A stretch of DNA of 32,000 bases from Aliivibrio fischeri ES114 (GTDB lineage: Bacteria; Pseudomonadota; Gammaproteobacteria; Enterobacterales; Vibrionaceae): NCBI RefSeq assembly GCF_000011805.1, contig NC_006840.2, one strand, 5' to 3'. The translations under genes and the position numbers were made by a program. The notes beneath the pieces were generated by a model, which was not told the origin of the DNA, ran no database searches, and worked only from the letters and a program-made list of their open reading frames with translations. Shown piece after piece: positions 19,555 to 28,352 of the stretch (positions are counted from its first letter, which is position 1; the number at the start of each line of letters is the position of its first letter).

Positions 19555-20787
19555 TTATGACCTGATATCTTTTGTCGAGTGGTAAGATTGTAGAGTTAAA
19601 CATAAAATAAGAATTAAATATGTATAAGTAAAGTTTATCCAATTGAAAGGAACTTCAGTTATGAAATTTATTAATAATACACATAAGAATGAAATTGAAC
19701 AAAACTTAACAAATATATCATTATCTTTTCGCATTATAATAAGTGGAAATATAATCGCACCAATTATAATGAAAAAACCAATAAACCCTTGTTTTGTTAT
19801 AAATTCAAAGTATTGGCTATGTAAATGATTTCTTGAGTAATAATAACTATATTGTGATATTTTTTTATTTTCAAATCGAGTATTATTGATTTCTTTTAAT
19901 TTGTTTCCGAGGCCAAAGAATGGATATTCTTTAATTAAAGGAATAGAATCTTTCCAAACCTGTATTCTAACACCTAATGATGAACTTAAATTATGATGTT
20001 CAATGTTCTTAATCTCTATTTTTGTTGCTTCTATTCTATTTTTTACAGTAGGTGTAGAGTACAGGGAAAAAGCAATTGCTAATATAGTTAAAATATATAT
20101 TGAAATGTTTTTTATATTGAATTTTATTCTTGCGATATGAATTATAATTAAAGTTAAAATAGTTGACACCCAAACTCCACGACTTTGACTAATCATTATA
20201 GGTAAAAAACCAATGATAATTAATGGAATTGTTTTATATAGTATGTGAGTTTTAGTATTTATTAAATTATAAATATATACAAAAATAAAAATCAATGCAG
20301 CATATAGTCCATAAGGATTTGGGTTTGTATTTCCTCCGTATCTGGTGAAACCATTATTGATTACGTGTATGAACGCATCTAATCCAAATAAGAAAAGACT
20401 TATAAAAGTAAGGTTTTTAATATGTTCTTTTTTTACTAACCAATATGGAAAAGAATATATGTATAAGAAAATAATCCCGAAAGCTCTTATGCTTGATGTT
20501 TGTTCTCCATGATAAAGAAAAAGTATTGATCTAAATAAAATTATTATAAATAAACTAGTGATTAATATTTTAAATGTTTTAGGTTTTTCTTTAAATAGAA
20601 AAACTCTTTTTCTAAAATAAATAAAGGAAAATATAGCAGAAATAACAAGTAACTTTGATGCAATACTTCTACCATTTGGGAGCGTAAAATTAAATGAAAG
20701 TGTCCATAGTATAGGTATATAAACTATAGCTAGAACCCAATATTTACTTATACTGGATAAGATTTTTTGGCAATAATTGTTTATCAT
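19555..20787 (-). CDS. O-antigen ligase / Wzy polymerase-like multi-pass membrane protein
   Basis: 410 aa hydrophobic; QSRGVWVSTILTLIII, large periplasmic-type loop, YPFFGLGNKLKE...YSRNHLHSQYFEFITKQGFIGFF, characteristic of the Wzy_C domain. Confidence 0.8.
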   Translation of the reverse strand: MINNYCQKILSSISKYWVLAIVYIPILWTLSFNFTLPNGRSIASKLLVISAIFSFIYFRKRVFLFKEKPKTFKILITSLFIIILFRSILFLYHGEQTSSIRAFGIIFLYIYSFPYWLVKKEHIKNLTFISLFLFGLDAFIHVINNGFTRYGGNTNPNPYGLYAALIFIFVYIYNLINTKTHILYKTIPLIIIGFLPIMISQSRGVWVSTILTLIIIHIARIKFNIKNISIYILTILAIAFSLYSTPTVKNRIEATKIEIKNIEHHNLSSSLGVRIQVWKDSIPLIKEYPFFGLGNKLKEINNTRFENKKISQYSYYYSRNHLHSQYFEFITKQGFIGFFIIIGAIIFPLIIMRKDNDIFVKFCSISFLCVLLINFITEVPFNWINFTYTYLILILCLTLQSYHSTKDIRS

Positions 20788-20814
20788 TGTACTGCTTCTA
20801 TTTCTGATTTAAAT

Positions 20815-21756
20815 CTACTTATTAATCATCGCCATATATTCAGCAACACCATCAGCTACTGACTTAAACTCAACATCACAACCAGCAGCACGAAGCTTAG
20901 TTAGATCAGCTTGAGTAAATTCTTGGTATGCGCCTTTTAGGTGCTCAGGGAATGGGATAGTTTCCACTTCACCTTTACCGTGGTGTTTAATTACCGCTTC
21001 AGCAACAGCGCGGAATGGTTCAGCACGGCCAGTACCACAGTTATAAATACCAGATACGCCATTTTCTAAGAACCAAAGGTTAACTGCAGCAACATCACCA
21101 ACGTAAACGAAATCACGTTTAAACTCGTCACTACCTTCAAACAGTTTAGGGTTATCGCCCGCATTCATTTGGTTATTTAAATGGAAAGCAACTGAAGCCA
21201 TAGAACCTTTATGTTGTTCACGAGGACCATACACATTGAAGTAACGGAAACCCGTAATTTGAGATAGCGTTTCGTTGTGCTCTTCAGCATCAGCCCATAG
21301 GCGACGAACGTAGTTATCAAACTGTTGTTTAGAATAACCGTAAACGTTTAAAGCACCTTCGTATGCACGCTCTTCGATAAACGTATCTGTTTCACCGTAA
21401 GTAGCTGCTGATGATGCGTAAAGGAATGGAATTTCACGCTCAATACAGAAATGAAGCAACTCTTTAGAGTACTCATAGTTGTTCATCATAATGTATTTGC
21501 CATCCCACTCAGTTGTAGCAGAGCAAGCACCTTCATGGAAAATAGCTTCGATAGGACCAAAGTCATCACCCGCCATAATTTGCGTAATGAAGTCTTCTTT
21601 ATCCATGTAATCAGTGATATCAAGATCCACTAGGTTCTTGAATTTTTTACCATCTTTTAGGTTATCAACCACTAAAATGTCGTTAAAACCTTTGTTATTT
21701 AAAGACTTAACAATGTTGCTGCCAATCATGCCAGCGCCGCCAGTTACAATGATCAT
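20815..21756 (-). CDS. hldD: ADP-L-glycero-D-manno-heptose-6-epimerase
   Basis: 313 aa; [87 protein letters not shown]: HldD/RfaD/GmhD. Confidence 0.97.
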   Translation of the reverse strand: MIIVTGGAGMIGSNIVKSLNNKGFNDILVVDNLKDGKKFKNLVDLDITDYMDKEDFITQIMAGDDFGPIEAIFHEGACSATTEWDGKYIMMNNYEYSKELLHFCIEREIPFLYASSAATYGETDTFIEERAYEGALNVYGYSKQQFDNYVRRLWADAEEHNETLSQITGFRYFNVYGPREQHKGSMASVAFHLNNQMNAGDNPKLFEGSDEFKRDFVYVGDVAAVNLWFLENGVSGIYNCGTGRAEPFRAVAEAVIKHHGKGEVETIPFPEHLKGAYQEFTQADLTKLRAAGCDVEFKSVADGVAEYMAMINK

Positions 21757-21910
21757 TTTGATACCACCGAAAAATAATATAATTGATTGAATTGTAGCAA
21801 AGAAGAAGAGGTGGCGCTACGCTTGAAAAGCAGGGGCGAGAGTTGATAACACTTAGCTTGAGGAAGAGCGAAAAGCGAGGTTTCAGGTTTCAGGAGAGCG
21901 AAAGAACAGA

Positions 21911-22079
21911 ATTCAGATCGCTTCGCTTGCAGATTTCAGAGGTGAGTGCCGTAATGCTTATAGTAAATAGTAGAAATGAATGTGCGCTGAATTTACAAAT
22001 TGTATTTATTTTGATTTGGTTATAACTATAACAACGATCACCCCTGAACCCTGCAAGGGAGCTTGCGACCGATCTGAAT
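21911..22079. repeat. ORF-less element copy 1 (about 169 bp) with inverted ends
   Basis: Ends ATTCAGATCG (21911-21920) / CGATCTGAAT (22070-22079); about 90% identical by eye to copy 2 about 320 bp downstream. Confidence 0.85.
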
Positions 22080-22231
22080 CCTAAATTCCCGAGTGATTAA
22101 TCATTGGGATTCGTGAGGTTAATAGAAGGAGAAGTGTGGCGTGATTTCACTCTAAATTAGAGTAAACGCAGTTTTTGATGTTAACAAAAATGGCTGAAGT
22201 AGGTCTGAATTTTATTAGTGTAAAGTAGAGT

Positions 22232-22398
22232 TCAGATCGCTTTGCTTGCAGATTTCAGAGGTGGGTGCCGTAATGCTTATATTAAATAGCAGAAGTTAAC
22301 GTGCGCTGTATTTGCAAATTATATTTATTTTGATTTGGTCATAACCATAACAACGATCACCCCTGAATCCTGCAAGGGAGCCTGCGACCGATCTGAAC
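22232..22398. repeat. ORF-less element copy 2 (about 168 bp), direct repeat of copy 1
   Basis: Ends GTTCAGATCG / CGATCTGAAC (22389-22398); shared interior TGCCGTAATGCTTAT...TTTATTTTGATTTGGT...ACAACGATCACCCCTGAA.CCTGCAAGGGAG. Confidence 0.85.
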
Positions 22399-22423
22399 CC
22401 TGAACTCTAAAAAAGGAGCTCTC

Positions 22424-23896
22424 ATGCCTACACCCTTAAAAAAATCAACCCAAACCACCAACCTCGAAATAAGCCTCAAACACCATGGTGGAAAATTCGG
22501 CGTCACAGGCTCATGCCACGAACTTCGTATTAATCACAACGGCAACAACCATGGTATCTTAATAGATTGTGGTTTGTTTCAGGGGAGAGATGCCAAAGAT
22601 AAAAATGGAAACGAGAGAAAGCTCGACATTGAATTTCCCATCGCACATATAAAAGCGCTCATTCTTACTCATACACATATCGATCACATTGGGCGACTGC
22701 CTTGGTTATTAGCAAAAGGTTTCAAGCAACCCATTTACTGCACACCAGCAACAGCAGAGCTCGTACCGCTCATGTTAGATGATGGATTAAAACTGCAACT
22801 AGGATTAAACAAAGGCCAAAGAGAAAGAGTATTAGCATTAATAAGAAAACAGATAAAACCCATCCCATACAACCAATGGCACCGTATTCCGTTCACCTCT
22901 ACAGCTAAATTACCTAGCTCTCGCTCTTCCCGCTCTTGCTCTAAATCTTCTAGCTCCTCCTCGCCCCTAAAAACTCGCTTCTCGTCCCTTTACCTCCGTT
23001 TCCAACCCGCAGGCCATATCCTCGGTTCTGCTTATGTCGAAATTAAACTTCCCAACAATGAAATTATCGTATTTTCAGGTGATTTAGGGCCATCAAAAAC
23101 GCCACTATTGCCTGACCCAACTCCACCGAAACGAGCCGATTTATTAGTAATAGAGAGCACTTACGGCAATAAAATTCATGACAGCGTAGAAACCAGAGCC
23201 ACTCGTTTACAACAGATCATCGATCGTTCATTAGAAGATGGTGGAGCCATTATTATTCCTGCATTTTCAGTGGGCAGAACTCAAGAGCTACTGTTTGATA
23301 TAGAGCACCTAATTCATCATAAAAAAATAGACTCAAAAATCCCCATTATTCTTGATTCACCATTAGCCAATAAAGTAACCAAACAATATCGACGCTTTAA
23401 AAAATTATGGAGTAAAGAAGCCACAACTAAGTTAAACAACCATCGTCATCCTCTTAACTTTGAGCAGTGCATCGTTATTGAAAGTCACAAAGAGCACATG
23501 AAAATAGTCAATCGACTCAAAAGCACCGCAGAGCCATGCATTATTGTCGCCGCAAGTGGCATGTGTGCCGGAGGCCGAGTTATGAATTACCTTGAAGCAT
23601 TATTACCAGATAAACGAACCGATATTATTCTTGCAGGTTATCAAGCTCATGGAACGTTAGGGCGAGATCTTCAAAACCAAGAACATCAAGTATGGATAGA
23701 TAACCAACCAATTGATGTTAATGCGCAAATCCACACCATGTCTGGATATTCAGCCCACGCCGATCAATCTGATTTAATTAAGTTTGTCGAGGGGATAGAA
23801 GAGGGAAAAAGAGAGATAGTAGTGGTGCATGGGGAGGATGATGTGCGTAGGGAGTTTGAGAGGGTTTTAGAGACTAGAAACTATACGCTGCGCTAG
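22424..23896 (+). CDS. rjg: MBL-fold/beta-CASP RNA-processing exonuclease family (rjg-like, 'mRNA 3'-end processing factor')
   Basis: 490 aa; LTHTHIDHIGRLPWLL, VIESTYGNKIH, IIIPAFSVGRTQELLFDIEHL, IIVAASGMCAGGRVMNYLEALLPDKRTDIILAGYQAHGTLGR, MSGYSAHADQ. Its position next to hldD fits the rjg gene of the Vibrio O-antigen right junction. Confidence 0.88.
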   Translation: MPTPLKKSTQTTNLEISLKHHGGKFGVTGSCHELRINHNGNNHGILIDCGLFQGRDAKDKNGNERKLDIEFPIAHIKALILTHTHIDHIGRLPWLLAKGFKQPIYCTPATAELVPLMLDDGLKLQLGLNKGQRERVLALIRKQIKPIPYNQWHRIPFTSTAKLPSSRSSRSCSKSSSSSSPLKTRFSSLYLRFQPAGHILGSAYVEIKLPNNEIIVFSGDLGPSKTPLLPDPTPPKRADLLVIESTYGNKIHDSVETRATRLQQIIDRSLEDGGAIIIPAFSVGRTQELLFDIEHLIHHKKIDSKIPIILDSPLANKVTKQYRRFKKLWSKEATTKLNNHRHPLNFEQCIVIESHKEHMKIVNRLKSTAEPCIIVAASGMCAGGRVMNYLEALLPDKRTDIILAGYQAHGTLGRDLQNQEHQVWIDNQPIDVNAQIHTMSGYSAHADQSDLIKFVEGIEEGKREIVVVHGEDDVRREFERVLETRNYTLR

Positions 23897-23907
23897 CTAG
23901 ATGGAAT

Positions 23908-24378
23908 AGAGTTCAGATCGCTTCGCTTGCAGAATTCAGAGGTGGTAGTGATTAGATTATTCAATAACAGTAAGGATATATATGCGTTGTGAGAAATTAA
24001 AAGTTTGGAAAAGGGCTTGTCGATTATCTTGTGAGATTTACAAAACAACTTCAAGTATTAAGGACTATGGCTTTCGAGACCAAATTACTCGTTCTGGGTT
24101 ATCTGTACCATCTAATATTGCTGAGGGAGAAGAAAGAAGTGGTGTTAAAGAACAAATACGATTTTTGAATTATTCTCAAGGTTCTGCAGCTGAGTTAATC
24201 ACTCAGTTATTTATAGGGATAGAAATTGGATACATAGAGAAACAGAAAGGCTTGGAGTTGATAAATGAAACTAAAGAGATTTTAGCTATTGTCTCTCAGC
24301 TGTCTAAAAATAAGAAAGCAGTGCTGAAGAACTAAAGCGAACACCTCTGAATTCTGCAAGCGAAGCGATCTGAACTCT
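23908..24378. mobile_element. Candidate element: 471 bp bounded by exact 37-nt inverted repeats and carrying one ORF
   Basis: Left arm 23908-23944 AGAGTTCAGATCGCTTCGCTTGCAGAATTCAGAGGTG; right arm 24342-24378 CACCTCTGAATTCTGCAAGCGAAGCGATCTGAACTCT is its exact reverse complement. No transposase; mobility is inference. Confidence 0.6.
23982..24335 (+). CDS. Four-helix-bundle protein (23S rRNA-intervening-sequence protein family)
   Basis: 117 aa; LKVWKRACRLSCEIYKTTSS, YGFRDQITRSGLSVPSNIAEGEERSGVKEQIRFLNYSQGSAAELITQLFIGIEIGYI: family hallmark SVPSNIAEG...ER...FL..A.GS..EL..QL. Confidence 0.92.
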   Translation: MRCEKLKVWKRACRLSCEIYKTTSSIKDYGFRDQITRSGLSVPSNIAEGEERSGVKEQIRFLNYSQGSAAELITQLFIGIEIGYIEKQKGLELINETKEILAIVSQLSKNKKAVLKN

Positions 24379-24457
24379 TCATCCCCATTAACATTTCCGC
24401 TATACTTCAACCTCGACATTACTCAAGTCAAACTATTAGCATAAGGCGCACGCTTCC

Positions 24458-25102
24458 ATGAAAACAAAAGATAGAATCATTCACGGTGCCTTAACCCTTT
24501 TTAATGAAAACGGTGAGCGCAGCGTAACAACCAACCATATCGCAGCGCATCTTGAGATAAGCCCGGGCAACCTGTATTACCACTTCCGTAATAAAGAAGA
24601 GATCATCAGCGGCATCTTTGATAACTACGCAAAAGAGCTAAAAACTCGATTCCAACCAATGGCAGAAGATCAACAATCAAACATGCCAAGCGTTCAGGTT
24701 ATGCTGAGTTACTTAGATTCAATCTTTGAATTGATGTGGAACTACCGTTTTTTCTACGCCAACCTACCTGATATTTTAAGTCGTGATGATGCATTAAAGC
24801 TGAAATATACCAAAGCTCAGCAAGCGTTAAATGAAAACTTAATAGCGATAATGCACAGCTTTCGTGATTCAGGATTAATCGACCTTGAAGATGATGAACT
24901 GCAAGCATTAACAAAAACTCTGCACCTAGTGGCATCATGCTGGATAAATTATCAAACCGCTTTATTGTCAGATAATGAAATTACCGAAGCGGTAATCTAT
25001 CAAGGCATGTTACAGATGCTAAATGTTGTAAGACCAATGGCAACAGAGCAGGGCAGAAAGCAGATATTAGAGCTAGAAGAGCATTATAAGGGCAGGTTAT
25101 AG
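24458..25102 (+). CDS. TetR/AcrR-family transcriptional regulator
   Basis: 214 aa; RIIHGALTLFNENGERSVTTNHIAAHLEISPGNLYYHFRNKEEIISGIF: TetR N-terminal HTH. Confidence 0.9.
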   Translation: MKTKDRIIHGALTLFNENGERSVTTNHIAAHLEISPGNLYYHFRNKEEIISGIFDNYAKELKTRFQPMAEDQQSNMPSVQVMLSYLDSIFELMWNYRFFYANLPDILSRDDALKLKYTKAQQALNENLIAIMHSFRDSGLIDLEDDELQALTKTLHLVASCWINYQTALLSDNEITEAVIYQGMLQMLNVVRPMATEQGRKQILELEEHYKGRL

Positions 25103-25154
25103 AGCGATTCGTTCCGAGGGACGAGTAAGCTATTTAAAGAAAGAGCAGACGGCT

Positions 25155-25185
25155 GCGCCTTGAGAGCGCTTCGCTTAAGGCGCAA
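25155..25185. repeat. Small inverted repeat / hairpin in the intergenic region
   Basis: TGCGCCTT (25155-25162) / AAGGCGCA (25178-25185). Confidence 0.45.
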
Positions 25186-25215
25186 CAAGTTGCTTGAGGA
25201 GGTCAAAAGACTAAG

Positions 25216-25290
25216 AGCAATATACCCTTGCTCCTAGCTCTTGCTTCTAGTCCCTAGTCCCTGCTCTTACTCGTCCCTAATCCCTTAACC
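25216..25290. repeat. Low-complexity 'CTAGTCCCT' family repeat tract
   Basis: TGCTCCTAGCTCTTGCTTCTAGTCCCTAGTCCCTGCTCTTACTCGTCCCTAATCCCT; related tracts at 31033-31064, 31510-31606 and 31838-31875. Confidence 0.7.
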
Positions 25291-25292
25291 CC

Positions 25293-27545
25293 TCAAAGCC
25301 CTTTTCTCGTAAACCACGGTGAACGCTCATCCGTCAATTCATACAAATCATGCTGCTTATTCAACATTTGACCGCCATCGCGAGTCAGAGGTTGCCAGTT
25401 AAAGTTTGCACGGTTCTTACTTGGTTTCACCGTCATAATGTCGAAAGGAATCGAGATATAGAATCCTTTGGTGTAGCTGCCTTCACCAAACTCTTCAGCA
25501 GATAAATCCGTAAAGCTTGCGTAAGCACCAGCAATCACACCTGAATCGAATTGTTTCGAGAAATCAATGCGAGTTCCTTTATCGCCAGCTAAGAACTGAC
25601 CAACACCCACTTTAAGTAAGGTGTTCTTCAAGAAAGACCATTGAGGGGCATAATAAGCGGTCGCAAACCCAGTCACTCCGCTAGAAACTACGGTATAGTC
25701 ACGTCCATAATCACCGCCTTCTTGATGATCTTGTTCGTAGAACCCAAACCAATCACCAGGTGTACGTTGTTTAATATACGTCGCATCAATACCAAATGCC
25801 CAATTCGAGTTTAATGGGCGGTACATCACTTCTGAACCAATACCACCAAACATACTTTCTAGATAGCCAGCGTACATTTGGCTATAAAAACCAGCGCCAT
25901 ATTCTTCAAACCAGGTTAATTGTAGGTTATTCATACGAACTGGGTTTTCATGAACATAAGCACGGAACATAGTGCGAACACGAGGAACCGACGTACCATC
26001 TGGAGGCGTGATGTAATTAAACTTATCGTAGTTATCAAACAGATTAAAATACAAACTGCCCGAAGCCTGAACCTTGTCAGTTAACCACACCGAACCTGCG
26101 GTATTAATACCAACCGCATAAAGATAAAAGCTTTCAGCACTACCAATAGATTGAGATAAAGTAGGAGAAACAGAGTAATCCCAGCGATCTAAATTATCAC
26201 TTTTAAGCGAATGTTCTGATGGCGAATAAGTCACTTCATCAGTTTGACTTGCATCAGCTACCTTGGCATCAAAATATTCATTATTAGCCACCTTTTTATA
26301 TTGAGCCGCATCAATCAGCGTTTCAGAAACAGGCATAGATTGATTGGTTTCAATAATTCGGTACGTAGAAATTGTCTCAGGTACATGATTTGCAAAAATA
26401 CGTGAAGCACGATCATGCGCCTCATCGCTATCACGATATTTCGTTTGGGTCGCAACAAGAGTGACAGAATCATCGTCGGCATAAATTCGGTTGTCTTCAT
26501 AACCGGCGTTGCCATTCAGTTGTTGGTTAACTCGTTGCCAATCCACTTCATCAATTGATTGATTGCTTGATTCGTCATAAGCCGTAATAGGCTCATCACG
26601 CCAAATCGCTTTCATATCATTAAAATTAGTAGTTAGGTTCACACCAAGGGTTAAGGTATCACCACGTTGGTAACTGACTTTAATATCGCCCCAATCTCCT
26701 AGGCCATACAGCACACCAAAGTTCCAAGGGGTGTGTTGTGTCATATCCACATTACCACGAGTTACAGGGAAGTCTTGGCTATAATCGTTACTGTCGTATT
26801 CTACTTTTAAACGAAGTGGCTGATAAGGCGTTTGGTACTCGATACCACCATAAATGGCTGCTGGGCCTTTAAACCAACGTTCAAAATCAACACTGCCACC
26901 TTTGCCTTTGTAATCACCTTGGCGAGAGCAGAATTTGTCCGAAGCTTTGCAAAAAGGGTTAGTAATATTGCCACTTTGTCCTAAGTAACCCCAACCCATA
27001 CCAAGGGTAACATCAAGATTACCAAAGCGTTTGGTTGCTGCTACAAACTCGCCATCAAACAACCCAGTACCACCAAAATCACGAACCCCAACAGAGGTCT
27101 CCGGCAACCATTTACTCTCTTCAAGTAAACGAATCTTAAAATCGATGCCTTTATCCGTGTATTTTGTTCTGCCACTAAAACTTTCATCGCTGCTATAAAG
27201 TAAATCTTGAACCAAGGTATAGCGGATAGTGGTTTCTAACCATGGCATGACTTGCAAAGAAACGTTGTAGTGGTGGTATTCATTATTAATGCTTGCACCA
27301 ATATTAAATTCCCCTTCAGGAGCCATACGACCAGAAGGCATTTGCATTAGGCCAACACCACCAAAATCCGTTTGAGATGGGGTTAACACTACTGGGTCAA
27401 AAACTGTATTACTGACTTTATTTACAGCCGACTGATCTTCAATAGATTGGTTTGCAACAGAATGATCTGTAGCAAAGGTTGAATAAGGCAAAGCAGAAGC
27501 AATAACCCCCGCAATAAGAGATAAAGAAAACTTTGGAGTCATCAT
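25293..27545 (-). CDS. yjbH: YjbH/GfcD-like exopolysaccharide-associated outer-membrane protein
   Basis: 750 aa with signal peptide; GGVGLMQMPSGRMAPEGEFNIGASINNEYHHYNVSLQVMPWLETTIRYT, GFKIRLLEESKWLPETSVGVRDFGGTGLF, GMNWAFGIDATYIKQR-like region. Confidence 0.88.
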   Translation of the reverse strand: MMTPKFSLSLIAGVIASALPYSTFATDHSVANQSIEDQSAVNKVSNTVFDPVVLTPSQTDFGGVGLMQMPSGRMAPEGEFNIGASINNEYHHYNVSLQVMPWLETTIRYTLVQDLLYSSDESFSGRTKYTDKGIDFKIRLLEESKWLPETSVGVRDFGGTGLFDGEFVAATKRFGNLDVTLGMGWGYLGQSGNITNPFCKASDKFCSRQGDYKGKGGSVDFERWFKGPAAIYGGIEYQTPYQPLRLKVEYDSNDYSQDFPVTRGNVDMTQHTPWNFGVLYGLGDWGDIKVSYQRGDTLTLGVNLTTNFNDMKAIWRDEPITAYDESSNQSIDEVDWQRVNQQLNGNAGYEDNRIYADDDSVTLVATQTKYRDSDEAHDRASRIFANHVPETISTYRIIETNQSMPVSETLIDAAQYKKVANNEYFDAKVADASQTDEVTYSPSEHSLKSDNLDRWDYSVSPTLSQSIGSAESFYLYAVGINTAGSVWLTDKVQASGSLYFNLFDNYDKFNYITPPDGTSVPRVRTMFRAYVHENPVRMNNLQLTWFEEYGAGFYSQMYAGYLESMFGGIGSEVMYRPLNSNWAFGIDATYIKQRTPGDWFGFYEQDHQEGGDYGRDYTVVSSGVTGFATAYYAPQWSFLKNTLLKVGVGQFLAGDKGTRIDFSKQFDSGVIAGAYASFTDLSAEEFGEGSYTKGFYISIPFDIMTVKPSKNRANFNWQPLTRDGGQMLNKQHDLYELTDERSPWFTRKGL

Positions 27546-27548
27546 AAA

Positions 27549-28310
27549 TTACAGCGCCTTATTACGAAGCAGTTGAACAATAGAGGTGTTTAAAGATGAA
27601 AAATCACTTGGTAATCCGCCAAGAGGGATATACACCGATGCCCCCGGAGCTAAATAAGCGGGTTTGTTTTGCCATACTGAAAACTCAGTGGTTTGAACTA
27701 CACCATCAGGCTGAATGACATAAATCGTAGAGGTATCAGCAGTAGAAGAAAGAGGGAGTGAATCTAAATAGTCATCAATGCTTGCGTGCTCAATAAAAGG
27801 AACTGAAATGCTGCTTTCAGAATCAATCGCACCAAAAAAAGAAACAGAGGTAGGGCGAGGGTGCACAAAAAGCTGATAATCAGCATTAAGTATAGGGTTC
27901 AGTTTTTCGTTAATTCGGATTAAATCGAGATCAAGTGACGAAAAAATACGACCCACAAAAGTGTGATGCTCTAACTGTGAAATGATCTGCGTCGCAGAAC
28001 GCTTAAATTCATTGTTTGCAGAAAAAAGTGATGTCTCTCGAGAAAGTGAAGATAGCTGCTCAATTGAGTTATTTCGAAGATTATCGATGTCTTTTTGTAA
28101 CTGATTGTCACTTAACGCTGCCCCAAGAGAATAAAAATTCACTTGAGCATTTGCATCTAAAATGACTTGCTCAAGTCTTACTGGTTGCGAGTAATTCAGC
28201 ACCAAATTTTGATTAGGTAACGTGACCGATACCGCTTGTGTCGAGCTAGCATAAGTAACTGTTGATGCAGACAAAAGCAAAGAAAAAACGAATGAAGAAA
28301 GAAAATGCAT
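27549..28310 (-). CDS. yjbG: YjbG/GfcC-like capsule biosynthesis protein
   Basis: 253 aa with signal peptide; located between yjbH- and yjbF-like genes; DNLRNNSIEQLSSLSRE and C-terminal AYLAPGASVYIPLGGLPSDFSSLN. Confidence 0.78.
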   Translation of the reverse strand: MHFLSSFVFSLLLSASTVTYASSTQAVSVTLPNQNLVLNYSQPVRLEQVILDANAQVNFYSLGAALSDNQLQKDIDNLRNNSIEQLSSLSRETSLFSANNEFKRSATQIISQLEHHTFVGRIFSSLDLDLIRINEKLNPILNADYQLFVHPRPTSVSFFGAIDSESSISVPFIEHASIDDYLDSLPLSSTADTSTIYVIQPDGVVQTTEFSVWQNKPAYLAPGASVYIPLGGLPSDFSSLNTSIVQLLRNKAL

Positions 28311-28352
28311 GACGGTTCCTTTAAATACTAATTAATTGGGTTATTAACGAGC

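Noticed and set aside
21843-22025. ORF 21843-22025 (+), 60 aa, downstream of hldD.
   Set aside because: Begins in low-complexity text and runs into the 168-bp repeat; composition looks like translated repeat.
21757-22423. CRISPR-like array from repeated text between hldD and rjg.
   Set aside because: Only two long copies (about 168 bp) with divergent interiors; no short regularly spaced repeats and no cas genes.
23908-24378. Calling the inverted-repeat cassette an insertion sequence.
   Set aside because: No transposase, no DDE/HUH motif and no target-site duplication; only the neutral term candidate element is justified.
24699-24938. ORF 24699-24938 (-) opposite the TetR gene; also 26315-26515 (-), 28690-28881 (+), 19643-19828 (+) and 21451-21633 (+).
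   Set aside because: Shadow ORFs inside well supported genes.
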